A DNA stretch of 64,000 nt from Nitrospirota bacterium. Lineage in GTDB: Bacteria; Nitrospirota; Nitrospiria; Nitrospirales; Nitrospiraceae. The position numbers were made by a program, and so were the translations under genes. The notes under the pieces are model-generated. The model saw only the letters and a list, made by a program, of their open reading frames with translations, had not been told where the DNA came from and made no database searches. This document shows positions 19,787-30,077 of this stretch, one piece after another. The stretch spans positions 96,001 to 160,000 of the forward strand of contig CAVPBK010000003.1 in NCBI GenBank assembly GCA_963701855.1, in the 5' to 3' direction. The number at the start of each line of letters is the position of its first letter. Position 1 is the stretch's first letter.

Positions 19787-21238
19787 ATGAATCTCAACAC
19801 CGACATGACGGTCAATCGAATTACGGACGAGATCTGGGAAATCCCCATCTCTGAAAAACCAGGCATGTTGGTGCCCGCCAGGATTTATGCTGCCGGGGAG
19901 ATTCTTCAGGCCATGGACTCCGGGGTCTTCGATCAGGTCACCAATGTCGCCTGCCTGCCCGGTATTCGCCGGTATGCGCTCTGTATGCCTGACGGGCATT
20001 GGGGCTATGGATTTCCGATCGGAGGTGTCGCGGCGTTCGACGTGCAGGACGGCGTCATTTCTCCCGGCGGTGTGGGCTACGATATCAACTGCGGCATGCG
20101 GCTGATTCGAACAGATTTGACGTTGGCGGACGTGCAGCCTCATCTGGAACAGCTCATGACCGAACTCTTTCGGAAGGTGCCGGCCGGCGTCGGGGCGAGC
20201 GGATTCGTTCGGCTCTCAGGCGAGGAGTTTGGCCGTGTGATGACCCATGGGGCCAGGTGGTGTGTGGAGAGAGGATACGGCTGGCATCAGGATCTCGCCC
20301 GTATGGAAGAAGGCGGCTGCATCGAAGGGGCCGATCCATCGAGTGTGACCGATCACGCGATTAAACGAGGCATCAATCAGCTGGGGACTTTGGGGTCGGG
20401 CAATCACTACCTCGAAGTCCAGGTGGTCTCGAACGAGCGGATATTCGATCCGGTCACGGCGGCGGCGTTCGGCATCACCGGCCACGAGCAGATCGTGGTG
20501 ATGGTGCATTGCGGTTCGCGCGGGTTCGGCCATCAGGTGGCGAGCGACTATCTAAAAGTATTTGAAAAGTCCATGCGCCGCTACGGCATCACCGTGAAGG
20601 ATCAGCAATTGGCCTGTGCGCCGTTTCGATCTCCCGAGGGGCAGGAGTATTTTTCCGCCATGAATTGTGCCGCGAACACAGCCTTTGCTAATCGTCAAGT
20701 CATCACGCATCAGATTCGCGAGGCCTTTGCGACGGTTTTCGGTCGGTCCGCCGAGGCACTGGGAATGGAGTTGGTGTACGACGTGGCGCATAACATCGCC
20801 AAGGTCGAACGGTATCCGGAAGGGGAGCTGGTGGTGCATCGCAAAGGAGCGACCAGGGCATTTGGGCCGGGGAGTCCAGAATTGCCAGAAATATTCCGGC
20901 AGACAGGCCAGCCGGTTATCTGTGGCGGTTCGATGGAGACCGGCTCATACCTGTTGGTGGGAACCGATCACGCGGTGCGCGACACGTTTGGATCGACGAT
21001 GCACGGGGCCGGGAGAACAATGTCCCGCGCGCAAGCGAAGAGATCGGTTCGTGGCGCGGAGCTGCAACAGCAGATGAAACAGCGCGGCATTCTGGTCAAG
21101 GCCGTGTCGATGTCGGGTCTCGCAGAGGAAGCCGGCTTGGCCTACAAAAATATCTCTGACGTGGTGGAATCGGTCGATCGTGCGGGAATTACAAAAAAAG
21201 TGGCAGAATTACGTCCAATAGGGAATATAAAAGGGTAA
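19787..21238 (+). CDS. rtcB: RtcB RNA ligase (archaeal/eukaryal-like long form)
   Basis: PDGHWGYGFPIG, DINCG, GSGNHY, HCGSRG, DVAHN, HRKGAT, HGAGR. Confidence 0.97.
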   Translation: MNLNTDMTVNRITDEIWEIPISEKPGMLVPARIYAAGEILQAMDSGVFDQVTNVACLPGIRRYALCMPDGHWGYGFPIGGVAAFDVQDGVISPGGVGYDINCGMRLIRTDLTLADVQPHLEQLMTELFRKVPAGVGASGFVRLSGEEFGRVMTHGARWCVERGYGWHQDLARMEEGGCIEGADPSSVTDHAIKRGINQLGTLGSGNHYLEVQVVSNERIFDPVTAAAFGITGHEQIVVMVHCGSRGFGHQVASDYLKVFEKSMRRYGITVKDQQLACAPFRSPEGQEYFSAMNCAANTAFANRQVITHQIREAFATVFGRSAEALGMELVYDVAHNIAKVERYPEGELVVHRKGATRAFGPGSPELPEIFRQTGQPVICGGSMETGSYLLVGTDHAVRDTFGSTMHGAGRTMSRAQAKRSVRGAELQQQMKQRGILVKAVSMSGLAEEAGLAYKNISDVVESVDRAGITKKVAELRPIGNIKG

Positions 21239-21262
21239 CAGTCTGCCATTCTTGAAGGCGCG

Positions 21263-21619
21263 ATGATGGAACAACGAAAGAACCTCCGGTTTCCCGTCAA
21301 GTTTTGTAGTTCATTTTCTTCCATCGGCATGGTCGGCGGAGAGGGCAGCGTCCTCGATCTCTCCTTTAGGGGTTGTCGCATCGAAAGCTCCATCGATGTT
21401 CAGCCAGGAGCCTCCCTGGATGTTCGGATCAAGGTGGTAGAGAACGAATCCCCCATTCATATTCAGGCTGCGCTTGTTCGGTGGAGCCGAGGACGGGAAT
21501 TTGGCCTTGAGTTTGAGGTGATTGCTCCGACAGAATGGGCTCACCTTCAGGAATTCGTGAAGCAGCTCGAACTGGAACCCTACCAACGAACGCAACAGCA
21601 AAAAGAAGCCGGCATGTAG
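21263..21619 (+). CDS. PilZ domain protein
   Basis: RKNLR and DLSFRG c-di-GMP binding motifs. Confidence 0.9.
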   Translation: MMEQRKNLRFPVKFCSSFSSIGMVGGEGSVLDLSFRGCRIESSIDVQPGASLDVRIKVVENESPIHIQAALVRWSRGREFGLEFEVIAPTEWAHLQEFVKQLELEPYQRTQQQKEAGM

Positions 21620-21865
21620 CAGAAAACCTCAAAAACTCTGTTCTCATCCGACCAATCCCAGCGGCTCCTTCCTCATCTGCCACGAATTTTCCAAGACCGC
21701 CTCTTTGCCCTGGGAGATATCGTTTGCCCAGCGGTGTTCTCGCGTCGTTCAGATCCACAACGTACCGACCTCCTCGGTTGGCCCGTCTCGCTCTTCACGG
21801 TTCGTGCACGGTGACTTTTCACAATGCGAAAGTTATACTTCGAGTGATACGTGTAAGCCGGTGGG

Positions 21866-22330
21866 ATGGAGGCCAGTGGTGTGAAGAGTTATATCGAAGG
21901 GTTAGGGTTATGGGGGATAATAGGAATCGGGTTGCTTGCCATATCCATTGCGGTCGCAGCTGAAGCATCGGATAAGCCGGTGACGGGTGACACGGTGATC
22001 CGGGAAACGCAGGAGGCGGTGACGGCTACTAAGGACTATACGATTCAGCAGAAAGATGCGTTTCAACGAAAGATTCAGACGGAACTGGACGAAATGCAAG
22101 TGCGCATCACGCAGTTCCGTGGACAGGTTAAACATGCGTCTACTGAAACACGAACAGATATCCAGAAGGCGATCGCGGAATTAGAAAAGAAAAAATATTT
22201 GGCCAATAAAAAAGCGCAAGACATTCATTCTGCAACGGCTTCTTCCTGGGAGCAGGTGAAGTCGAAAACGACGGCTGCGATGGACGACCTTCGAGATTCT
22301 TTCACACGAGCCCGGTCTCATCTCCCGTGA
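21866..22330 (+). CDS. Exported coiled-coil hypothetical protein
   Basis: Signal-like segment and helical body. Confidence 0.7.
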   Translation: MEASGVKSYIEGLGLWGIIGIGLLAISIAVAAEASDKPVTGDTVIRETQEAVTATKDYTIQQKDAFQRKIQTELDEMQVRITQFRGQVKHASTETRTDIQKAIAELEKKKYLANKKAQDIHSATASSWEQVKSKTTAAMDDLRDSFTRARSHLP

Positions 22331-22340
22331 CGGTCGATCA

Positions 22341-23225
22341 ATGAAATATGCCCTCTACCCTGGTTGTGCAGCCCAAGGGGCGACGCCGGAACTCTATCAA
22401 TCGACAAGGGCGATCATCGGCCGATTGGGGATCGAGGTCGTCGAACTCTCTGCCGCGGCCTGTTGTGGCGCGGGAGTTGTGACGGAAGCGCATCCCGATA
22501 TGGCGCTGGCGCTGAATGCCAGGACATTTGCGCAAGCGGAGGCGCTCGGTCTAGATGTTATGACGATCTGCGGCACCTGCCAAGGGGTAATGAGCGCAGC
22601 CAACCGACGATTGAAGACAGAGACAGAGACCCTGGATCGCATCAACACCCTCCTGGCGCCGGATGGCCTGGCCTACCACGGTCATGTCCAAGTCAAACAT
22701 CTGTTGTGGATTGTGGTGCGGGATATCGGGCTGGCTCGCCTGGGCGAACTGACCTCCGTGCCGATGCGAGACTTTCACATCGCTCCGTTTTACGGTTGCT
22801 ACATCCTGCGTCCATCATGGGATCTGGGATTCGACGATCCTGAGAACCCCCAATCCCTTGAGCGCCTCATCACAGCGGTCGGTGGCGAACCGGTGGCTTA
22901 TGAAGGAAGGACCAAGTGCTGTGGGTTTCCCATCATCCTCGAAAAGGAAGCTATTGCCGTGGCCATGTCAGGGATGCATATGAGTGAGGCCAAGAATCAC
23001 GGGGCAGATTTCATGGTGACACCCTGTCCACTCTGTCACATGAGTTTGGATATTTATCAGGAACGGGCTGGTCGCGCGGTAAACCGTGAACTCCACTTAC
23101 CGATCTTGCATGTGCCGCAGCTACTCGGTCTGGCGATGGGGCTTCCAGCCAAGGATTTGGGGCTCTCGCATCATGTGATCTCGGTCGATTCTATTTTGGC
23201 GACGTTGGAGCGGCGTCGAACATAA
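22341..23225 (+). CDS. CCG-domain protein, HdrB/SdhE-like
   Basis: YPGC, two CCG motifs, FYGC, CPLC. Confidence 0.9.
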   Translation: MKYALYPGCAAQGATPELYQSTRAIIGRLGIEVVELSAAACCGAGVVTEAHPDMALALNARTFAQAEALGLDVMTICGTCQGVMSAANRRLKTETETLDRINTLLAPDGLAYHGHVQVKHLLWIVVRDIGLARLGELTSVPMRDFHIAPFYGCYILRPSWDLGFDDPENPQSLERLITAVGGEPVAYEGRTKCCGFPIILEKEAIAVAMSGMHMSEAKNHGADFMVTPCPLCHMSLDIYQERAGRAVNRELHLPILHVPQLLGLAMGLPAKDLGLSHHVISVDSILATLERRRT

Positions 23226-23240
23226 CAGCAACCCTCCTAG

Positions 23241-23437
23241 CAGGCTGCAGGAAAACTCGGTGTATACATACAATACTCTTGTGCTATTTCAGATGGAGTG
23301 AATGCCTCAATAACATCAGGATGCTCAAAAAGTCTGTCCAGCAAGGCCGCAGCGAGCGAAGAGGCGAGGCGTACGCTTCGGTACGTTGAGCCTCTGAGCG
23401 ACGTGAGAACGCCGCTGAGGACTTTTTCAGCATCCTG
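23241..23437. repeat. Composite family A element
   Basis: CTAG-CAGGCTGCAGGAAAA outer end, inner CAGGATGCTCAAAAAG (23317), right end TTTTTCAGCATCCTG. Confidence 0.85.
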
Positions 23438-23453
23438 CTAAAGGAGTCGGCGA

Positions 23454-23774
23454 ATGAAGGTGGTCAACCTTTCGGACTATCAGCAGTTCAGTAGTGAGAA
23501 GATGAAGAAGAACAATCTGTTTCAGACGCCACGATTCTTCTGCGACATCTACTGCTTCGAACCGGGACAGGAACAGAAGGGCCATATCCACGGTGAGCAG
23601 GATAAGGTCTATCTCGTGCTTGAGGGACAGGGCACCTTTCAAGTCGGCTCAGAAAAACAGGTGCTGGGTCCAGGGCAGGGAACCATGGCGCCGGCCGGGG
23701 AAGAGCACGGCGTGAAGAACCACACAGGCCAGCGTCTGAAAGTCCTTGTGTTCGTGGCGCCGAATCAGATGTGA
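23454..23774 (+). CDS. Cupin domain protein
   Basis: HIHGEQDKVYLVLEG and APAGEEHGVKN; AAGGAG RBS. Confidence 0.9.
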   Translation: MKVVNLSDYQQFSSEKMKKNNLFQTPRFFCDIYCFEPGQEQKGHIHGEQDKVYLVLEGQGTFQVGSEKQVLGPGQGTMAPAGEEHGVKNHTGQRLKVLVFVAPNQM

Positions 23775-23777
23775 GGA

Positions 23778-23872
23778 GGGAGCGGCCAGGTGCCCTTCTT
23801 GCTCGCAGGACGCGCACGGTGAGACGGTGCTCGTCCGATGCGCGCAGTAAAGGGCAGCCTTGGCCACTCCCT
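23778..23872. repeat. Hairpin repeat family B
   Basis: GGGAGCGGCCAGGTGCCCTT / AAGGGCAGCCTTGGCCACTCCC arms around TGCTCG...CGCGCAGT. Confidence 0.8.
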
Positions 23873-24196
23873 CCAGGAGAAGCATTAGAAATCGGGAGAC
23901 CCTCACCTGGGGAGATGGGAACCCGATCTGTCAACGACGCGCCAGTTCTGCTTGTCGCTCTTGTCCATGTGGGTTGCCCGTCCGGCCAACAAAGTTGACC
24001 AGATAGCCCCCCTCGTACTTCATAGTCCATGGCCGCTTTCGTATGAAGCTCTGGGCAGCAGCTCCTTATCGCAGCGTTTGACATGCTATCTCCACGCGAA
24101 ATGCTTCCATTTCCGTTTTCCGTTCGTTGATTTTATAGAATGAACAGGGTATCTACTTTCAGCTTTGTGGTGGAGTGAGCATCGTGGAGGAGAAGC

Positions 24197-24700
24197 ATGA
24201 GCGATCTGGTGCCTCGTGAACGGATTGAGCAGACGATCTTCGTCATTCGTGGTCATCGAGTCATGCTGAGCACAGACCTTGCCGATCTCTATGCAGTTGA
24301 GCCGCGTGTGCTTGTCCAGGCTGTGAAACGTAACAGGACCCGATTTCCAGCCGACTTCATGTTTCAATTGACGGAGCAGGAGTTCAACCATTTGAAATCA
24401 CAAATTGTGATTTCAAGTTGGGGCGGCCTCCGAAGAGCCTATCCTTATGCCTTTACCGAACAGGGCGTTGCAATGTTATCCAGCGTGTTGCGAAGCAAGC
24501 GCGCCATTGAGGTGAACATCGCCATTATGCGTACCTTTGTCCGCTTGCGCGAGATGATCAGTTCGAGCAAAGTCCTTGCCCGGCGCCTCACAGATCTGGA
24601 GAAGAAGTATGATGGCCAGTTTCAAGTCGTCTTTGAGGCCATTCGTGAATTGATGGCGGAGCCCACGCCAAAATCCCGCCGCATCGGATTCAAGACTTGA
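24197..24700 (+). CDS. ORF6N domain DNA-binding protein
   Basis: [48 protein letters not shown]-terminal RRIGF. Confidence 0.93.
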   Translation: MSDLVPRERIEQTIFVIRGHRVMLSTDLADLYAVEPRVLVQAVKRNRTRFPADFMFQLTEQEFNHLKSQIVISSWGGLRRAYPYAFTEQGVAMLSSVLRSKRAIEVNIAIMRTFVRLREMISSSKVLARRLTDLEKKYDGQFQVVFEAIRELMAEPTPKSRRIGFKT

Positions 24701-24915
24701 GGGAACAGGAGAGGGCAGGCTGGACGGTCTCCTGTGCTCGTGCAACGCGTCCGGGTTCGTCTGTCTGGTTGGCTGGTCTTTCTGGTCTGGCTAGTTCTTC
24801 TGAATGAATTTCCAGTCCGATCAACCAAACAAACCAGATAGACGAGATAGACTAAATGAACAAGCATTCGTTGGACACGCGCAGTGGGTGACCATCTAGC
24901 CAGCCCTCAAGGGGA
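24699..24915. repeat. Hairpin repeat family C with a 9-mer-repeat insert in the loop
   Basis: Both ends nearly identical to 25302-25541. Confidence 0.8.
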
Positions 24916-24944
24916 AAGGTGGCCGCTCTTGGCTTCGCTTCCCT

Positions 24945-25303
24945 TTAGATTTCATGTTTCAGCTGACATCAAAAGAGAAAGTCGAGGTGGTCGCAAATTG
25001 CGACCACCTCGCAACGCTCAAGTTTTCGCCTGCAAAGCCATTTGCCTTTACCGAACACGGCGCGGTGATGGTGGCGAGTGTGCTCAATTCGAAGAGGGCG
25101 ATCGAGGTCAGCGTTTATGTAGTCCGGGCGTTTGTGAAAGTGCGTGAGGTGCTTGGGGCCCCAGCGAGCTCGCACAGAAACTGACCGAGTTGGAGCGAAG
25201 GGTCGAATCACATGACACCCACATTCGTTCCTTGTTCGATGCCATCCGTCAACTGATGGAGCCATCGGCGACCAAATCACGCCGCATCGGATTCAAGACA
25301 TGA
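24945..25303 (+). pseudogene. Second ORF6N protein, 5' truncated and frameshifted
   Basis: DFMFQLT...PFAFTEHGAVM; frameshift near 25160; resumes ELAQKLTELE...KSRRIGFKT*. Confidence 0.85.
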
Positions 25304-25541
25304 GGGAACAGGTGCGGGCAGGCTAGACAGGTCTCCTGTGCTCGTGCAACGCGCGGCCTGAGAAGGATGAGAGGGAGCAGGCAACCATCCTTCTTGCTCG
25401 CAGAGCCCCCACGATAAAACTGTGGTCGCTCGATGCGCGCAGTGAAGGACAGTTCGCCTACTCCCTCTAGAGAAGGTGAAGAATCAGAAGGCCCTCGTTG
25501 GACACGCGCAGTGGGTAACCATCTAGCCAGCCCTCAAGGGA
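25302..25541. repeat. Hairpin repeat family C with a nested family B copy (25371-25467)
   Basis: Insert flanked by AGAAGG direct repeats. Confidence 0.8.
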
Positions 25542-25736
25542 GAGGGCTGGGACCGGCGCGGTGTGGGAGTGGCTGGCCGCTCTCATGCGACCGTGAGGGG
25601 CAAATTTAAGAAACGACCTCAGTAGCTTCCATCTGAAAATTCAGAATGTCCCAGTTTTCTCTGCCACCCAGGCGAGTTCGAGCTTAGTTAGGTTGTGGTT
25701 GCCCATATTTAGGAAGCTGGCTAAAAATTTGCGCGG

Positions 25737-28336
25737 CTACTTTTTTCTCCTATCTTTGACCATTTTCACAACCCCTCTCACATCTGCGATATCAATACCC
25801 AATTGCTTGGCATCAGGGACCGGGTCATTTTTTACTGAGGAAGGATCATGGGAGTCTATTACCTCACAACACGCTTTATGAATTCTTTCGATTTCTTTGA
25901 ACTCAGATTCTGTGAAACCCACCACGACATTAAGACGATCAATACTGATCCTGTCTCGATAGCGGTGTAGCACCCCATTGAACACGACGTCCTGGATGAT
26001 GCGTTCGATTGTGGCACGTAAGAGACTATATTGCCTTTGAATTTTTGTACGGTCTTCTTCGTTTGGATGGGCTGGCCAGATTTTTTCTAACCTTTTCTGC
26101 TCTTCATCTAGCTTGTTCAATCGGTCCTTGTAGTCCATGTGTGCCCAAGGAAGCCCTTCAATAACATGACCAGGGTGATCATTCATCCATTCGAGGTGGT
26201 GCATAAGGTAACCAATGCTCTGTTGCTCGATTGCGTCGATCAATTCGCAGAGAAATACCGTTTCATGCGTTAGCACAATTACCTGTCGATTTTTAGCTTC
26301 CTCGATAAGGCGACGTGCAACTCTCTTGCGTCGGTGATGATCAAGTGACGAAACAGGATCGTCGAATACAATCCCTCCTCCGTTCCCTGCCAAATGTAAT
26401 TCCGCCATGAACGAACCAATGGCGATTGCCCGCTGTTCGCCTTCGCTTAGAATCTCTTCCAGTTTCGTAGAAACGGGAAGGTCTAACACAAGCTTGTGCT
26501 TCATTTTCCCTTTTTCAACGCGTTCGACGAGCTTGGTCTTGATGTGCCCTATCCCCAAGGACTGAAATTCCTTATCTAATGCACTCTTTAGCGCCGCCGT
26601 TACAGCTTGGCTTGCGAACTCCTTCGCCTTATCCGAGATCGATTTTGTTTTGAGATCATCCTTGCATTTGGTCAACTTAGCTTTCGTCCGCATTCTACCG
26701 ATGAGATCCAAAACACTTTTCAGTCGAGGAGCTAGCTTGGCTCTTGCGCTCAGCTGTGCTCGTTCAGTTTCAAAGGGTTTCCTTTTGGTCTCATCGCCCG
26801 CCTTTTCTAGATCGTCCGCTTGGGCCAAAAGAGTCGTAGAAATGGTATTCAATCCTGGACATGGATCATCATTGAGGGTTGGGGGGCATTCCAATTGTGG
26901 CTTTTCAGAGTAGCCAACATCCACTTTCTTCTCGCCTCAATTCTCTTCTCGTACTCCTGAGTTGTCTGAAGGAGACTGGGGTCCAACTGTTTGAGTTCTT
27001 CAATCGAGGCTTCGTCTAGCCCGAAGCCGAGAGATGCATGTGTGATTGCCTTTTCCGCAACGGCAAGCTGTTCGCGTTTTTCTGCAACTACCTTGGAGGT
27101 ATCGGCTTTAATGAATTCCTCGAAGCGCTTCATGCGATTTACTGCATCCGAGTCCAGTAATTGCTGACATAGCAAGCACCTTGCATCCGCACATACGTGG
27201 GGGAACGGCTCGCCAGGGTAAGCTAGTTCGGTTGAAAATCGACGGGCTGTCTCGAAAAGCGTTTTCCATGCCTCTTCACCAGTCCCTGAAAGTAAAGACT
27301 CACCAGCTTGAAAAGATTTAGCCGCAACTGCTTCGGCCTTTAGTGCCAGTTCAGTTTTGTCATCATAGGACTTCAGGCTTGTGACAGCAGCTTCATTAAC
27401 ACAAGACAGAGCTGCCTCGATTCGACCAATAAGGGCATCGAGTCGTTTTGCCCCAAGCTTAATGGCTTTGGCCTTGGCCGTTGGATCGCTCTCATTCAAA
27501 GATTTGTCAAGCTCAGCAAGCCTCTGTATTTCGTTTGCAGTGAGTGTCGCAAGTGCGGCGACCACTTCAGGCTTCGTTACTTCGCTGAGGGAGGATATTA
27601 GCTTTCCAACGGTGGTGTCGCCTTGGAGATCAATAAATGGGCTAATGTCTGTGTCTGTTGAATTGATCTCCGCATTTAATCTCTGTGTTAGTTCGGGCAT
27701 TACTCGCTGGCCAAGATTTTCGACGATGTCGAGACCGTAAGGGAGATAGGCAACGTCTTGCTCATCTAAGTAAGCACGTGCGCACCGCCCATCAAATACC
27801 GCTATACTGGAAAGCTCGTCTGGAGAAGGAGAGTCGTGTTTCCAGTTGAGCGACTCCGGCTTTCCCCCTACCGTAATGTCGAAAACTGCTTCTGGAATTT
27901 TCCCTGATACTTGCGGATCACTGGCATCAGTATGAACGGTCTCAGAAACATCGCGGGCACGGCAAGCACGCTTTAGTACCCGAGAATACCCTGATTTACC
28001 AGAGCCATTGTCGCCATAGATGATCGTTATTCCCTTTTCCGTAAAGACAAGTTTTTGTCCATCCGCAATTCGGTTGACATGTTTAAGATCTTTCATCGCT
28101 ACTAGTATTACGGTTTCGCCAGAAGAGGAAAGCGTAGGGAGATGGTTTTGCGCAAGCGGAACAGGCTGACGATTCTGAGCATCCGACAGTCCGCGGGCCG
28201 ACTTCAGCATCGCATATAAATCATCGATGTCTTGTGCACTAAGTTTCTGTTGCTGAAAAAGACGGCGCAGGGCATCGCGCTGCCAGGGACTTAGATAAGC
28301 GGTTGACCAAGCGAGAATGTCTGTCAGGAGCGACAT
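25737..28336 (-). pseudogene. ABC/SMC-type ATPase with zinc hook (AAA_13, RloC-like), split by a 1-nt frameshift
   Basis: GDNGSGKS Walker A and CLLC in ORF 26849-28336; LSEGE and FDDPVSSLD in ORF 25737-26924; the frames join at the G6 run 26881-26886. Confidence 0.85.
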
Positions 28337-28376
28337 GTGTACCCTCGGTTCCTTATTTAAGAATCAAGGAGCCATT

Positions 28377-29663
28377 TCACCTAGTTGAATCGTTGTCCGC
28401 AGTGGATGGGGGATTCAATGCTCGCAATTCAAGCCCTTCGATTTCCTGTATCGTCTTTCCCGCAATGCCTTGAAGATCCCCATACATGCCAGCGGTTGCT
28501 TGCATGACCCGCTCGATTTGTTCTTCCCGTTTGGCCCACTGCTTAATAATGGCCTTCTTCTCCTTGTCGAGATCCTCCTGCATCGAGGAGAATGCCTCGA
28601 CGATCGCTTCCACTCGATGGCGAAAGCGTGGGCCGGTGAGGTACTGATAGACCATTTCGGTCTTGGTCTGCTGCCCTTCCAACGCCTGCCGAGCTGAGGC
28701 AACTTCGATTAGGGAGTGGCGCAATGCGACCGCGACGGAGAGCATTGACCGTGAGTGTGTAACCCAGACTCCTTCGATGAGATCAAACGACTCCATGCCT
28801 TTTGGGAGTGTCTGACTGACGATAACAGCAATTTCTGCCTTGGCAGTCCGCTGATCGTCGCGTAGTTTGACTAGCCAGCCGTCGCTCCAGTTCTTGGTTC
28901 GCTTGGACTCCCATAAGATCGTTCCACAGGGATGACCGAGCGGGCCTATGACCCGCTGTAGTGCATCGCCACCGTATTCGCCTTTGGGAACAGGCTCGAT
29001 GGTGTCCCTTGGGAACTTTATCCTGAGTAAGGCTTCCAGTTCTAGTTCCTGGACTTCACCTTGGAGTTGCTGTGATCCCTGTTCAGCCCTGCGCTTGAGT
29101 TCTTCGATCTGGGTCTGCATGGAGGCGATGGTTTGTTCCTTCTCCATCACCTTGAGTTTGAGTCCTTCCTCGGCCTCTTTCTTGGCCTGCTCGCGGGTGG
29201 CAGAGAGCCCCTCTTGAACTCGGTTTTCGACCGTGAGTTCTAGCTCCCGTTTGGCATCGTCCAGTTCCCGCTTTTGCCGGATGAGATCAGCCTGTGCTTT
29301 TTGAGCCTCGGCGAGTTTGACTTCGCGTTGATTGAGGACATCCTGAAGTTCAGCCAGTTCTCTTGTTTTCTGGTCAATATCCGTTTGCAGAGCGAGTTTG
29401 GCCTTCTTCGATTCCTCTGTGGCAATCTTCGCGCGCTCCAGCAGCAGCTTCTCGGCCACCTGATCGTCAATCGCTTGCGTAGCTTTTGAGACAGCGGCTT
29501 CTCGATCACGCAAAGACTCTTCTTTCTTGGCAATGTCCGTGTCTTTCTGCGCCAGCCGCTTCTCGTAGTCGCGGCGGGTTGACTCGATTAATGGAGCGGC
29601 GAGAGATTCTGTCAGCTTGATCTCGGTCTTGCAGTTCTGGCAGATAATTGTGGGCTCTGACAT
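28377..29663 (-). CDS. DUF2130 domain protein
   Basis: ICQNCKTEIKL, coiled coil, QGSQQLQGE, WESKRTKNWS nuclease-like motif. Confidence 0.88.
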   Translation of the reverse strand: MSEPTIICQNCKTEIKLTESLAAPLIESTRRDYEKRLAQKDTDIAKKEESLRDREAAVSKATQAIDDQVAEKLLLERAKIATEESKKAKLALQTDIDQKTRELAELQDVLNQREVKLAEAQKAQADLIRQKRELDDAKRELELTVENRVQEGLSATREQAKKEAEEGLKLKVMEKEQTIASMQTQIEELKRRAEQGSQQLQGEVQELELEALLRIKFPRDTIEPVPKGEYGGDALQRVIGPLGHPCGTILWESKRTKNWSDGWLVKLRDDQRTAKAEIAVIVSQTLPKGMESFDLIEGVWVTHSRSMLSVAVALRHSLIEVASARQALEGQQTKTEMVYQYLTGPRFRHRVEAIVEAFSSMQEDLDKEKKAIIKQWAKREEQIERVMQATAGMYGDLQGIAGKTIQEIEGLELRALNPPSTADNDSTR

Positions 29664-29800
29664 AGAAAAGTCCCGGTAAGACAGGTGTATCTTTTGGCTG
29701 AAGTCCTACGCTCAACGGGTAGATAAATCAACCGTACAGAAGGGGGTAGCGGGGTCAGGAAGGCTAAATGTTCCCCCTCCAAGCTCGCTCGTTACCTCCC

Positions 29801-30012
29801 AGGGATGATGCCTGATTGATCCTTCCCTGCGCGCGTTCAACGAATGCTGGTTCATCTGGTCTATCTCGTCTATCTGGTTTGTCTGGTTGATCAGACTGGA
29901 AATTCACCCAGAAGAACCAGATAGAAGTGCACGAGCACGTTGCGCGAGCACAGAAGATCATCAGGCTCCATCCCTCCTCTGTTCTGCGAGCAAGGAGGGC
30001 ACCTGGCCGCTT
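29801..30012. repeat. Inverted family C hairpin (29801-29975) plus a family B half copy
   Basis: Reverse complement reads AGGGATGGAGCCTGATGATCTTC-TGTGCTCG...CGCGCAG-GGAAGGATCAATCAGGCATCATCCCT. Confidence 0.75.
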
Positions 30013-30077
30013 CCCGCCATTGCATGACCTTGCACCTTGGTTCTCCAAGTCGCAAATGTGTTCTGAAGGCCCTGGAG

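Noticed and set aside
23778..25541. CRISPR array
   Set aside because: The repeats are long, nested and irregularly spaced, with no constant repeat-spacer period and no cas genes.
19263..28336. RtcB/archease and RloC-like ATPase as one tRNA break-and-repair system
   Set aside because: They are on opposite strands and separated by unrelated genes; rtcB lies in the core-like operon and the ATPase in accessory DNA. Proximity is the only evidence.
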